A stretch of 34,298 nucleotides of DNA. Source: Calcarisporiella thermophila CBS 279.70. Lineage: Eukaryota; Fungi; Calcarisporiellomycota. The DNA is taken from positions 468,480-502,777 of the forward strand of contig NW_027192214.1 of assembly GCF_041956535.1 (NCBI RefSeq). Reading direction: 5' to 3'. The notes below the pieces were generated by a model. It made no database searches and was not told where the DNA came from. It saw only the letters and a list, made by a program, of their open reading frames with translations. Positions 24,969 to 34,298 of the stretch are shown here, piece after piece. The number at the start of each line of letters is the position of its first letter. Positions within the stretch are counted from its first letter, which is position 1. Made by a program: the position numbers and the translations under genes.

Positions 24969-25370
24969 ATGTCTCTCCCAGGGGGTTCTCGAGGCTTCAA
25001 CCACAAAAGGCAGATGCGCGCAACTGTAGGGCTTCGCGTTTCCTTTCGTCACCATCCCTCCCGGCCTACTCCACTCCAACGGCGCCGAAGGCAGCGACAA
25101 CAGGCGGGCCTGGACTCCCGCGGCTCCTTAACGATGAGCAGCCCGGCAGGCAGCCGCCGCTCCACCCTCTCCAGCATTGCGGAAGACATTGAACAGTTGG
25201 GGGAGTGCCTGGAGGAGGTGGAGACCATGTTCGAGCGGCTGGAGGCCATGGCCAGCGACGCGGACCCCTTCTTAGAGGTGCGGCTGACCCCGGCAGGGAT
25301 GTTTCAAGCAACTGCGTTGTTAGCAGAGATAAGTGGATACCCCATCAATATATCCGAATTCGAATTATGA
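24969..25370 (+). CDS. Hypothetical small protein (~133 aa): basic N-half, acidic coiled-coil-like C-half
   Basis: GC-rich ORF with G/C-ending codons, ATG in ACAATG context, pyrimidine-rich leader and AT-rich trailer. No family recognised. Confidence 0.55.
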   Translation: MSLPGGSRGFNHKRQMRATVGLRVSFRHHPSRPTPLQRRRRQRQQAGLDSRGSLTMSSPAGSRRSTLSSIAEDIEQLGECLEEVETMFERLEAMASDADPFLEVRLTPAGMFQATALLAEISGYPINISEFEL

Positions 25371-26217
25371 GTCACGAGCTTGTTCCGTTGGACACGGCCG
25401 TTGCTGCTACCATTTCTGTTGTTGATATAGAACCTGATACCACGATTATCATCGCCTTTGACATTTCACTCCTCGCTTTTGAGCCTTTGTATATTTTTGT
25501 TTCTCTTTAAGTACATACATATGCCCTCCATTTTGCTTTTGTTCAACTACCAACTATAATTTTTCTGTGGTCTCCTTCCAAATGTTTAAACTCCTATTTG
25601 CTCTGCTCCGTGGCTCCGCACTATCAGTTCAGTATTGACCAATATATATATAAAACACAAGCCCGCCTTTCGAATACGTCCATAGTTAGCTGCACCGGGT
25701 CGAGTTGGTTACCAAATCATGCAGTACTTTTGCCGATTCTACTCCACCAAAACAGTGGAAATGGATTAGAATGGCATGAATTCTTTCTCCGGAGCCGCGG
25801 GTGTGAAATTGGATGAGAGTTATTCTAGAATAAAGGTTAATTTTCATCATCTTGTAATTTTAGCACTCGTTTTTATGACTTTATAGTTAGCGTTGTTTTT
25901 GCATTGCTCAACAAAGCCATCAAGCCCAGTGATTGCACCCAAAAATGCCCCCAGTCCTCTGTTTCATACCGTCTCGCGGCCATTTTTGTGTTTTTAGGGC
26001 ATTGTTCATGCTTGCTTGGATAATAGAGGGATTTAGTTAGGAGTAAGCCTGAATAAAGTTTGCAGATAAACTAGGTGGGCTTCGAAAAAGTTACTCGACT
26101 TTCATTATGATGCTATAAAAATAAAAAGTAATTATTTAAAAAAAAAGGTGTATAATCTTTTATATCATCTTTTTAGGGAGAAGAGGGGAAAAAAAAATGC
26201 CATCATGGTTTTCATTT

Positions 26218-28271
26218 TTAGTTGCCAGGCTCGTTGTTTCCTTTCAAACTGCTCCGGCCAGCTCGCATCATTTCGTCAACTAGCAAGAGATTGCTCGCAA
26301 TAACTGTACTTGAGTGGAGCATATGGCGGATAACCCGATAGTTGTCAAAGATCCCCTCCATGACGGGATCAAGTGTTTCACCGGTCGTCAAGTCCACCCC
26401 CACAACGTGGCCCGCAGCCGTTTCCTCTTGTAGTGCGACCACGACATCTTGTGCGTCAAATCCTCCGTTGAGTGCCAGGGTCTTGGGGATCACGAGTAGG
26501 GCATCTGCGAATGCCGTCACTCCCATCTTTGCACGTCCCTTCACGCTAGACAAGGCCTCCTTCTGCAGGTATTGTGAGCACGCCACTTGGAATGCACCGG
26601 CACCCGGGACCACGTGGCCATCCTCGATCGCGTTCTTCACGGCACGCAACCCATCGCGCACGGCGTCGTTGGTCTGTGTAAGGGTGTGTGCGTTCGGTCC
26701 TTTGATCAAAAGAGTGACCGACTTGGGGTCACGGACCTCCTCTACGAATGTGTACTTGTCCTCTCCGAGGGTATGTTCATAGACGAGGCCAGCATATCCC
26801 AATACCTCAGGGCTGAGGTCATCAACCGAATTCTGTGCAATGCCACCGCAAACGAGCTGCAGCCTATAGTGGAAACGTGTCGCCACCGAAAGAATTGAGG
26901 GGGAGGGGGTATAAAAAATAATTTCAAGCACTGAGTATTTACCGCTCCATGTTTCGCCTCTTGGCGCGTCGCAACGCGAGAATATTATTCTTGGCCAGAA
27001 TGTCCAACGAGAGCGGGTCAATTCCTTTCTGGTTGATAATGACGAAGCCTTTCTTGCTGTCGTTTCCGCATACCGACTTCTTGAACTCCACGATCTTACG
27101 CACCTTCTCGTCTACAAATTTGCGCTCAGACTCAACAAGCTTCTCGCGTTGTTCAGCGGTGCTATAGAAGAAGCCGGAGTTGATTTCACTGCAAGAGAGA
27201 GAGAGGTGGAATCGATTGTATTAGTGTGTGTTTGACAATGGATAAGGCACAAGCCTCCCCCCCCTGCTCTCTATACCTTTTCTCGTATTCCAAAGAAACA
27301 TTTAGTGTCAGGATATATGCATTCTCTACCCGCTTAGGCATATCGGGGTGTCTTGCGCCATGATCCAAAACGAGACCACGCACCAAACGGCTCTCAGTGT
27401 CACTACGGTGCTGCATCTTCATAATTTCCACCATGTGCAAGTCAATAGGCTCCCCTTCACGCTGAATACTGAGTACGGCATCCACCACAGCTTCCGTCAA
27501 GGTATCAGCCAGATCACGATGCACCTTCGTCCTCAAGGCCGTCCGTGCAACGGAGACAAGTAGCTCACGGTCAGCTTCGCGCGCAACCCGGAATTTCTCC
27601 AGGAATTGCAATGCCTCTTTTTTTGCAAGATCGAAACCTTCCGTAATGACGCGTGGGTGCAATCCCTCTGAGATGTAGCGCTCGGCCTGTTTGAGCAATT
27701 CACCAACGAGAAGTACAACGGAAGTGGTGCCATCACCAGTGACCTCATCTTGTGCAGTTGCTGCACGAGCAATCATGGCCGCTGTGGGATTTTGGATTTG
27801 CTATAGTACAAAGCAGACGGGTTAGGATTGCTCGTGGAAAGCAATAAATGAGAAATGCCGCGCTACCATTTCACTCAAAAGCACTTTTCCATCTTTTGTT
27901 AATTTAATACTTCCTGAACCGTCGACAAGCCTACATACAACCATCAGGTTGATCACTTTTCAGTATATTATCTGAATAAGATAAAAAAGCATTCGCGGCG
28001 GATGTCTTACATTTTAATGGTTCCTCTCGGCCCGAGATTGCTCTTTAGCACATCCTGTAGACCGATCGCGGCATTAATGTTGAGCTGCAGAGCCTGACCT
28101 CGGCGTGCAACCTCAGAGTTGGGGTTAATGAGCTTGATGGCTGCAGATGACCTAAATTTGCATCGATTGGAAATGGGAGAGATTAGGCGATCAGAGCAAA
28201 AAGAAGTAATCGGAGGAAGCGAAACAAATTTGATAAACAGCAGGTGTAGCAGAGGAGAAACCCACTTACAT
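26218..28271 (-). CDS. CCT6: T-complex protein 1 subunit zeta (CCT/TRiC chaperonin), 540 aa, 6 exons
   Basis: Exons 28271-28270 (AT), 28151-28011, 27930-27867, 27800-27277, 27188-26943 and 26863-26218 total 1623 nt in frame. Motifs: [58 protein letters not shown]. Confidence 0.97.
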
Positions 28272-28846
28272 TATACAGAGTGTATTGTAGTTGGAAAATG
28301 AATGCCGATTTGAACACTCCTCTTTAAAATCGCTTCTTAGGAGCTCGTAAAAATAATCAAAACAAGGCCTCGCGTCGTTGTTTTTCTCGATACTAAGCCA
28401 CCCATAATGGAACTCGCAAGAAATTAGATATTTTAGTAGGTTGAAGTGGAAAAAGAAAATAAAATTGGCGAGCTGAAAATGAAAAATGCGCTGACAAGTG
28501 GGTTGACTCTTGCTAAAATATAAATAGGTCTTAAGGCCTATAAGCATATGATGCTTGAATAAAGAGAAATGTTTGAGCCTTGCGCCTGTAGTATTAACAA
28601 ATTTGGGGCGCATCTACTCCACCGTGGATGTCACGGAAGCAAAAAGAATCTAGGCTGGATAATTATTAATTAAATAACTTATTTCAGAGTAGAAGGAGCG
28701 AGTGCTATGAAGCATAAAATACTGAAAGCGAATGCGGTCGAATATTTTATATAAGGATTTATGGGTTGCCGAAAAAATATAAAACAAGATAAAACGCGAG
28801 AAAAATAAAAACAGTTTTTCAGATTGAACACATACGAAGGCAGCGA

Positions 28847-29181
28847 TTAGACAGATATCCGCTTGGGGGAAGAATACCAGTAGTCAAGCCATTTCGCCCA
28901 AGCTACTCATCAAAAAGTCAAATCAGAGATGAATGTTCGAATCCATTCCATACAAAGCAGTGGATGACAATCTTATACTAACCCCAGAATGAAAATTTTC
29001 GCCCTAACCACTTGCCGGCAAATGGGAAAACAACCATGGTAAAGATGATGCGTATTTGCTCTTTGTTTTCCTCCCATTCCCGTTGGAGATTCCATTCCTC
29101 CTCGTCGGATTCATTAGAGTCGTAGCTGAGTTCGGAAGAAAGATCGTCTTTATCTTCTGGTAAGTAGTCTGGCTCTGGCAT
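28847..29181 (-). CDS. MIM2: Mitochondrial import protein Mim2 homolog, 84 aa, 2 exons
   Basis: Exons 29181-28983 and 28902-28847. Acidic N-terminus, then QREWEENKEQIRIIFTMVVFPFAGKWLGRKFSFWAWAKW, which matches the Mim2 family pattern. Confidence 0.85.
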
Positions 29182-29327
29182 CTTGCTCAGTATATGGCCA
29201 CAATTGGAGTCTTAGAATAACCAATATCAATTCCAAGAGAGGCGGCAAAGTAGTAGTGACGTCGTTTTGGACTTTAGAAATTGAGGATTTCTATATGAAG
29301 GGTTGAGTATTGCAAAAAGAAAACGTA

Positions 29328-29496
29328 CAAATGGGGACAAAATTGGCACCATGTTTTACTATTTTGTAATTTCTTGAAAATATCTCCTTAGTGAATGAAG
29401 AAATATACGAGCACCTCAACCACAATAAAAATGTGGATCTGCTCTTGTTGTTGATTCACTTGCTACCCTGGTTATGTATGGTCTTTACAAAATTCA
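29328..29496. repeat. Left long imperfect terminal inverted repeat of Tc1 copy 1 (partner 30773-30940)
   Basis: Colinear inverted similarity over ~170 bp, e.g. TTGATTCACTTGCTACCCTGGTTATGTATG versus revcomp TTGATTCACTCGCTATCCTGGTTATATATG. Confidence 0.75.
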
Positions 29497-29582
29497 AGGC
29501 TTTTTAAATCAGATCCTTAGGAAAACTTGCTTTTGCAAATTTTTGGTTGACATATTTGTTACCTTTATTCTTAAGAATTCTT

Positions 29583-30608
29583 TTAATACTTAGTATATCC
29601 TCCCTTAGCTTTATAAACTGCACGGATCCTCCTCGGCATACTTTCGTAGAGCTTGTCGATATATGACTGATCCATGTGCTCCCATGTGTATTCAATTCGA
29701 TTCCATAGTTCTTCCTTATCTCTTGGCCTTGTCGGATATGCTTGAAGTTTTCTCTTAAAGATACTCCACATATTCTCTATTGGATTTAAATCTGGTGACT
29801 GAGCAGGCCATTCCAAAACTTTTATTCCATGTTTTCGCAACCAAGCTTGGGTTGACCTTGCGGTGTGAGGAGGAGCGTTATCATGTTGAAAGATGATCTC
29901 TTCTTTGTTGAGCCCATACCAATCGAGAGTTCCAAGGAAATCTTCCGCCAAAATTTTGCGGTACAACTTAGCATTCACTCCACCATCGATACGACAAAGA
30001 TGCCCAACTCCTTGCGAAGTTATGCAGCTCCACTCGGTGATGGGGTCTTTTCCATACTTCATCGTTGGAATGATATTACATTCACGCAGAGGCCGTCCCT
30101 CTTTTACATAGGTGTAATGCTTTCCAGTAGTCTGTATTAAAGGAATGACAGTCTCATCGGAGAAGATTATCTTTCGAAATTTTTCAGAATTCCCTCTTAT
30201 AAGTTGTGCTGCAAACTTGTAACGGGCCAAAAAATGTCGTGGCATCAACAGCGGCTTCCTAGGGACCGATCGAGGCTTCACTTTGGATCGTTTAAGCGCT
30301 CTCTTAATGGTTTTGGTAGACGCATCCTTATTAAGCTCTTCCTTGACAATTTGCTGCACGTCAACTAGCTTAGAACATTTTCCTATCGATACTTGCTTGT
30401 CTATGAATCTCTCTTCTGCTTCGGTTAGAATACGTGGGCGACCAGCTTTCGGAGTAATAGGAGGGTATTGAGGCGTGCTCCACTTTTTTATAATTTTTCT
30501 GGCAGTTTCATGGCTAATACCCAAACGAGCCCCAATCTTGCGTGAGGACTCCCCTTGCCTTGAAAGTCCAAGGACTCGTTCACAAATCTTCTTAGGGATT
30601 GGCCTCAT
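29583..30608 (-). CDS. Tc1-family transposase, 341 aa
   Basis: Paired HTH region, GRPR linker, IIFSDE, FQHDNAPPH and WPAQSPDLNPIENMW, with 34 residues between the second D and the E. Confidence 0.95.
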   Translation of the reverse strand: MRPIPKKICERVLGLSRQGESSRKIGARLGISHETARKIIKKWSTPQYPPITPKAGRPRILTEAEERFIDKQVSIGKCSKLVDVQQIVKEELNKDASTKTIKRALKRSKVKPRSVPRKPLLMPRHFLARYKFAAQLIRGNSEKFRKIIFSDETVIPLIQTTGKHYTYVKEGRPLRECNIIPTMKYGKDPITEWSCITSQGVGHLCRIDGGVNAKLYRKILAEDFLGTLDWYGLNKEEIIFQHDNAPPHTARSTQAWLRKHGIKVLEWPAQSPDLNPIENMWSIFKRKLQAYPTRPRDKEELWNRIEYTWEHMDQSYIDKLYESMPRRIRAVYKAKGGYTKY

Positions 30609-31086
30609 AGCTTTGTGATATAGTCAGAAAATAAAAGTAGCCCAAATGCCATAAAAAAATATCTAGACGGAACGTCGGATTGAATATAAAAAAAAACTGT
30701 AACATTTTGGGGTACATTTATTTAAGAAACAAAATTCCCATTAAATCCCGAGAGCACTTTGCAAATACACCAGAATTTTACTAAATGCATATATAACCAG
30801 GATAGCGAGTGAATCAATAAAAAGTAAATCTTCACAACTATTTTAGGATTGAGACGCTTATATATTGCTTCATTCTTTCAGTAGATAATCGCAAATGATT
30901 AAAGATTTTTAAAACATGTTGACAATTTTGTCCAGCTTTGTATATTGTAAAGTAGGGAGTGAAGAGAAAACTTCAAAAAAAGCACATATTAGAAAACTAA
31001 AAAAAAAAAAATTTTCTGAATAAAACAAGAAAACAATAATTTTGATTTAAAATACAAAGCAATGATGACTTCATTTTTACTCCTGA

Positions 31087-31106
31087 NNNNNNNNNNNNNN
31101 NNNNNN
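31087..31106. other. Assembly gap (20 N)
   Basis: Run of N; the true gap length is unknown. Confidence 1.
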
Positions 31107-31108
31107 GT

Positions 31109-31238
31109 TATGTCTGATCAAACTTGGAAACTCCCATATTTATTTTTGAGGAAATGTTAATACTGTTGCAGAGAGTTCTGAAACCATGATTCTTCAAAAT
31201 CTAAATGCGGTATGTCTGATCAAGCTTGGAAACTCCCA
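31109..31238. repeat. 28-bp direct repeat with a 102-bp period
   Basis: TATGTCTGATCAA[A/G]CTTGGAAACTCCCA at 31109-31136 and 31211-31238 (27/28 identical). Confidence 0.85.
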
Positions 31239-32725
31239 CTTGCTACCCTGGTTATGTATGGTCTTTACAAAATTCTAGGGTTTTTAAATCAGAGCCTTAG
31301 GAAAACTTGCTTTTGCAAATATTTGGTTGACATATTTGTTACCTTAATTCTTAAGAATTCTTTTAATACTTAGTATATCCTCCCTTAGCTTTATAAACTG
31401 CACGGATCCTCCTCGGCATACTTTTGTAGAGCTTGTCGATATATGACTGATCCATGTGCTCCCATGTGTATTCAGTTCGATTCCATAGCTCTTCCCTATT
31501 TCTTGGTCTTGTCGGATATGCTTGAAGTTTTCTCTTAAAGATACTCCACATATTCTCTATTGGATTTAAATCTGGTGACTGAGCAGGCCATTCCAAAACT
31601 TTTATTCCATGTTTTCGCAACCAAGCTTGGGTTGACCTTGCGGTGTGAGGAGGAGCGTTATCATGTTGAAAGATGATCTCTTCTTTGTTGAGACCATACC
31701 AATCGAGAGTTCCAAGGAAATCTTATGCCAAAATAATGCGGTACAACTTAGCATTCACTCCACCATCGATACGACAAAGATGCCCAACTCCTTGCGAAGT
31801 TATGCAGCTCCACACGGTGATGGGGTCTTTTCCATACTTCATCGTTGGAATGATATTACATTCACGCAGAGGCCGTCCCTCTTTTACATAGGTGTAATGC
31901 TTTCCAGTAGTCTGTATTAAAGGAATGACAGTCTCATCGGAGAAGATTATCTTTCGAAATTTTTCAGAATTCCATCTTGTAAGTTGTTATACAAATTTGT
32001 AACGGGCCAAAAAATGTCGTGGCATCAACAGCGGCTTCCTAGGGACCGATCGAGGCTTTACTTTGGATCGTTTAAGCGCTCTCTTTATGGTTTTGGTAGA
32101 TGTATCCTTATTAAGCTCTTCCTTGACAATTTGCTGCACGTCAACTAGCTTAGAACATTTTCCTATCGATACTTGCTTGTCTATGAATCTCTCTTCTGAC
32201 TCGGTTAGAATACGTGGGCGACCAGCTTTCGGAGTAATAGGAGGGTATTGAGGCGTGCTCCACCTTTTTATAATTTTTCTGGCAGTTTCATGGCTAATAC
32301 TCAAACGAGCTCCAATCTTGCGTGTGGAGTCCCCTTGCCTTGAAAGTCCAAGGACTCGTTCACAAATCTTCTTAGGGATTGGCCTCATAGCTTTGTGTTA
32401 TAGTTAGAAAATAAAAGTAGCCCAAATGCCATTAAAAAATATCTAGACGGAACGTCGGATTGAATATAAAAAAAATTTGTAACTTTTGGGGTACAACAAA
32501 TTTTAAGGAAGAAACAAAATTCCCATTAAATCCCGAGAGCACTTTGGAAATACCCCAGAATTTTACTAAATGCATATATAACCAGGGTAGCGAGTGAATA
32601 GATAAAAAGTAAATCTTCACAACTATTTTAGGATTGAGACGCTTATATATTGCTTCATTCTTTCAGTAGATAATCGCAAATGATTAAAGATTTTTATAAC
32701 ATGTTGGCAATTTTGTCCAGCTTTG
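31237..32725 (-). mobile_element. Tc1 copy 2, lacking the first ~129 bp of the left end
   Basis: Colinear with copy 1 from 29457 onward, about 97% identical over the ORF by eye count. The right end ...TTTTGTCCAGCTTTG is followed by TA at 32726-32727. Confidence 0.92.
31363..32388 (-). pseudogene. Tc1 transposase pseudogene
   Basis: Same length as the copy 1 ORF, but with in-frame TAA at 31987-31989 and at 31723-31725. Confidence 0.92.
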
Positions 32726-32754
32726 TACCCAAGTACGAATAGAATTACCCAAAA

Positions 32755-34298
32755 TTAAACTCTGAGGTTTTGTTGTTTAGCTAATTCGCCATAGGTTCCG
32801 GCTTGCGCTATCAACTCAGCATGTCGTCTAATATGATTGAAAATATTCAATCCAAATTCGAATAGTAAAATAATATGGAAATCCTACCCTTTCTCTACAA
32901 TCTCTCCATCCTTCATAACAACTGTTATATTTAAATTAGTATCTCTTGTTCTATAAACTATTATAAATATAAATACTCACTAATGACGTCAGAATCTTGA
33001 ATGGTAGAGAGTCTGTGCGCTATAACAATAGTTGTACGCCCAACCATAGCCCTATCCAATGCATCCTGCACTAACTTTTCGGATTCCGTATCCAACGCGC
33101 TTGTCGCCTCATCTAGTAAGAGAATTTCAGGATTTCTCAGCAAAGCCCTAGCAATTGCAATTCTTTGCTTTTGTCCTCCAGAGAGCTGTGACCCTTTATT
33201 GCCAACTCGTGTATGGTAGCCGTTCGGAAGGGCAGATATGAAATGATGTATATTTGCTTTTTTGGCAACCTCCTCAATTTCTTCTTGCGTGACTTCATGA
33301 CAATTTTTGTGTCCGAACGCAATATTTTCCCGCACTGTCAAATCAAAAAGCACCGGTTCCTGGCCTACAAACCCAATTCTTTGTCGCATCGCATCTAACT
33401 GCCATTCTTTTACATCTATTCCCTCGATGAAAGTTGCACCTGCACTACAATCGTACCATCTTAGCAATAAAGATATCACTGTTGATTTGCCACATCCGCT
33501 TGGCCCTACCAATGCAACCTTTTGATTCTGTCGAATATTCATGTTTAAATTATCGTAAATTTTTATATCTGGCCTCATCGGATATGCAAAAACCACATTG
33601 CGCAATTCAGCAGCTCCCTTAGAGATTCCTTCCTTTTTCCCTCCTCCTTCTGGATTCATTGTAGTTATCTTATCCAATAACTCAAATAAACTTAGTGCAG
33701 CTAATTTGGCTTTTATAAACCTTGGCATATGTGCTGAGAGCCGAGTCATTCCCATTGAGCACATCACGACTGTAAACAGAACGACGGACACATTATCAGA
33801 TGTCATTTCACTAGATTGTATGAAGCGTGCCCCAAGATAAAATCCAAGAGCATAGATGAAATAATGAAAACCTTGTGAGAAGCCATAACCTATAGAAGCA
33901 ACATAGGCCTTTGTTAAGGCAGCTTGATGAGGTTTACGGCAACAATCTAAATAATTAATAACATGTCGTAAAATTATGTAAAATAGGTCCATAAATTTTA
34001 GTAAAGATTATTTCAATATACCTGTATACTGCTTTTCGAATACATCTTCAACTCCTAGGGACGCGACAGTCCGAATTTCACGAATGGCTTCTCCAACAAT
34101 ATCCCCAGCTTGTCTATATTCTTTATCTACTTTACCCGAAAACCTACGTATTATAGATTGTAATTAACATTCTATTGGCATCAACTTATCAAAATATTTA
34201 TACCCCTCTAATGACTTCACTTGGAATATTAAAGCAAATATAAAAAGTGGAATTGTCGGCAACATTATCAAGGACATTTTCCATCCATTGCAGAATAT
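32755..34298 (-). CDS. ABCB (MDR/P-glycoprotein-type) transporter, 3' part (end of the last TMD plus C-terminal NBD); 5' end lies outside the window
   Basis: Exons >34298-34204, 34143-34022, 33946-32981, 32921-32888, 32827-32755. Motifs: EAIREIRTVASL, Walker A GPSGCGKS, QEPVLF, signature LSGGQKQR, Walker B ILLLDEATSALD, IAHRLSTIQ. Confidence 0.94.

Larger units (their letters stand above)
29328..30940 (-). mobile_element. Tc1/mariner DNA transposon (DD34E), full-length copy 1, 1613 bp
   Basis: TA target duplication at 29326-29327 and 30941-30942. The ends CAAATGGGGACAAAATTGGCACCATGTTTTA and revcomp CAAAGCTGGACAAAATTGTCAACATGTTTTA match at 26/31. Intact transposase ORF inside. Confidence 0.92.

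Noticed and set aside
26342-26782. Antisense ORFs over CCT6 (and similar ones over the TFs, kinase and membrane protein)
   Set aside because: Shadow ORFs expected opposite GC-rich coding sequence.
13238-29181. Functional clustering of mitochondrial genes (PKP2, PTH1, MIM2)
   Set aside because: Three unrelated functions spread over 16 kb is compatible with chance.
31109-31238. CRISPR-like repeat-spacer-repeat
   Set aside because: Only two repeats, a 74-bp spacer, no cas genes, and a eukaryotic context.
29457-32725. RIP-type mutation between the Tc1 copies
   Set aside because: The differences include many transversions and show no clear CpA-to-TpA bias.
29328-32725. Fanzor/TnpB cargo in the Tc1 elements
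   Set aside because: The 1.6-kb element holds only the transposase, with no RuvC-like ORF. The gap content is unknown.

Overview
Eukaryotic, intron-containing fungal genomic DNA. The GT-AG introns have CTRAC-type branch points, and the proteins look like those of an early-diverging fungus (Mucoromycota/Zoopagomycota-like), though the taxon cannot be fixed from sequence alone. Gene order: spliced class I DAHP synthase (ARO4-type, +), small stand-alone cupin (+), mucin-like single-pass membrane protein with an 8-Cys module (-), then a ~15 kb array of four divergent, paralogous Zn(II)2Cys6 transcription factors (TF-A +, TF-B -, TF-C +, TF-D +) with a mitochondrial PDH/BCKDH kinase (PKP2-like, -) in the middle. 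The zinc fingers are split by an intron and so do not appear intact in the ORF track. After the array come peptidyl-tRNA hydrolase (-), a small hypothetical protein (+), chaperonin CCT6 (-, start codon split by an intron), MIM2 (-), two ~97% identical Tc1 (DD34E) transposons around an assembly gap, and the 3' part of an AT-rich ABCB/MDR transporter (-). One Tc1 copy is intact with long, strongly diverged TIRs; the other is truncated and carries stops. The best candidate for an undescribed system is the TF array. It has shared intron positions, an atypical DNA-recognition loop, a conserved block between the coiled coil and the middle homology region that I cannot assign, and an invariant C-x3-E-x2-D motif in otherwise diverged C-termini. 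All exon coordinates were derived by eye and no database searches were run.
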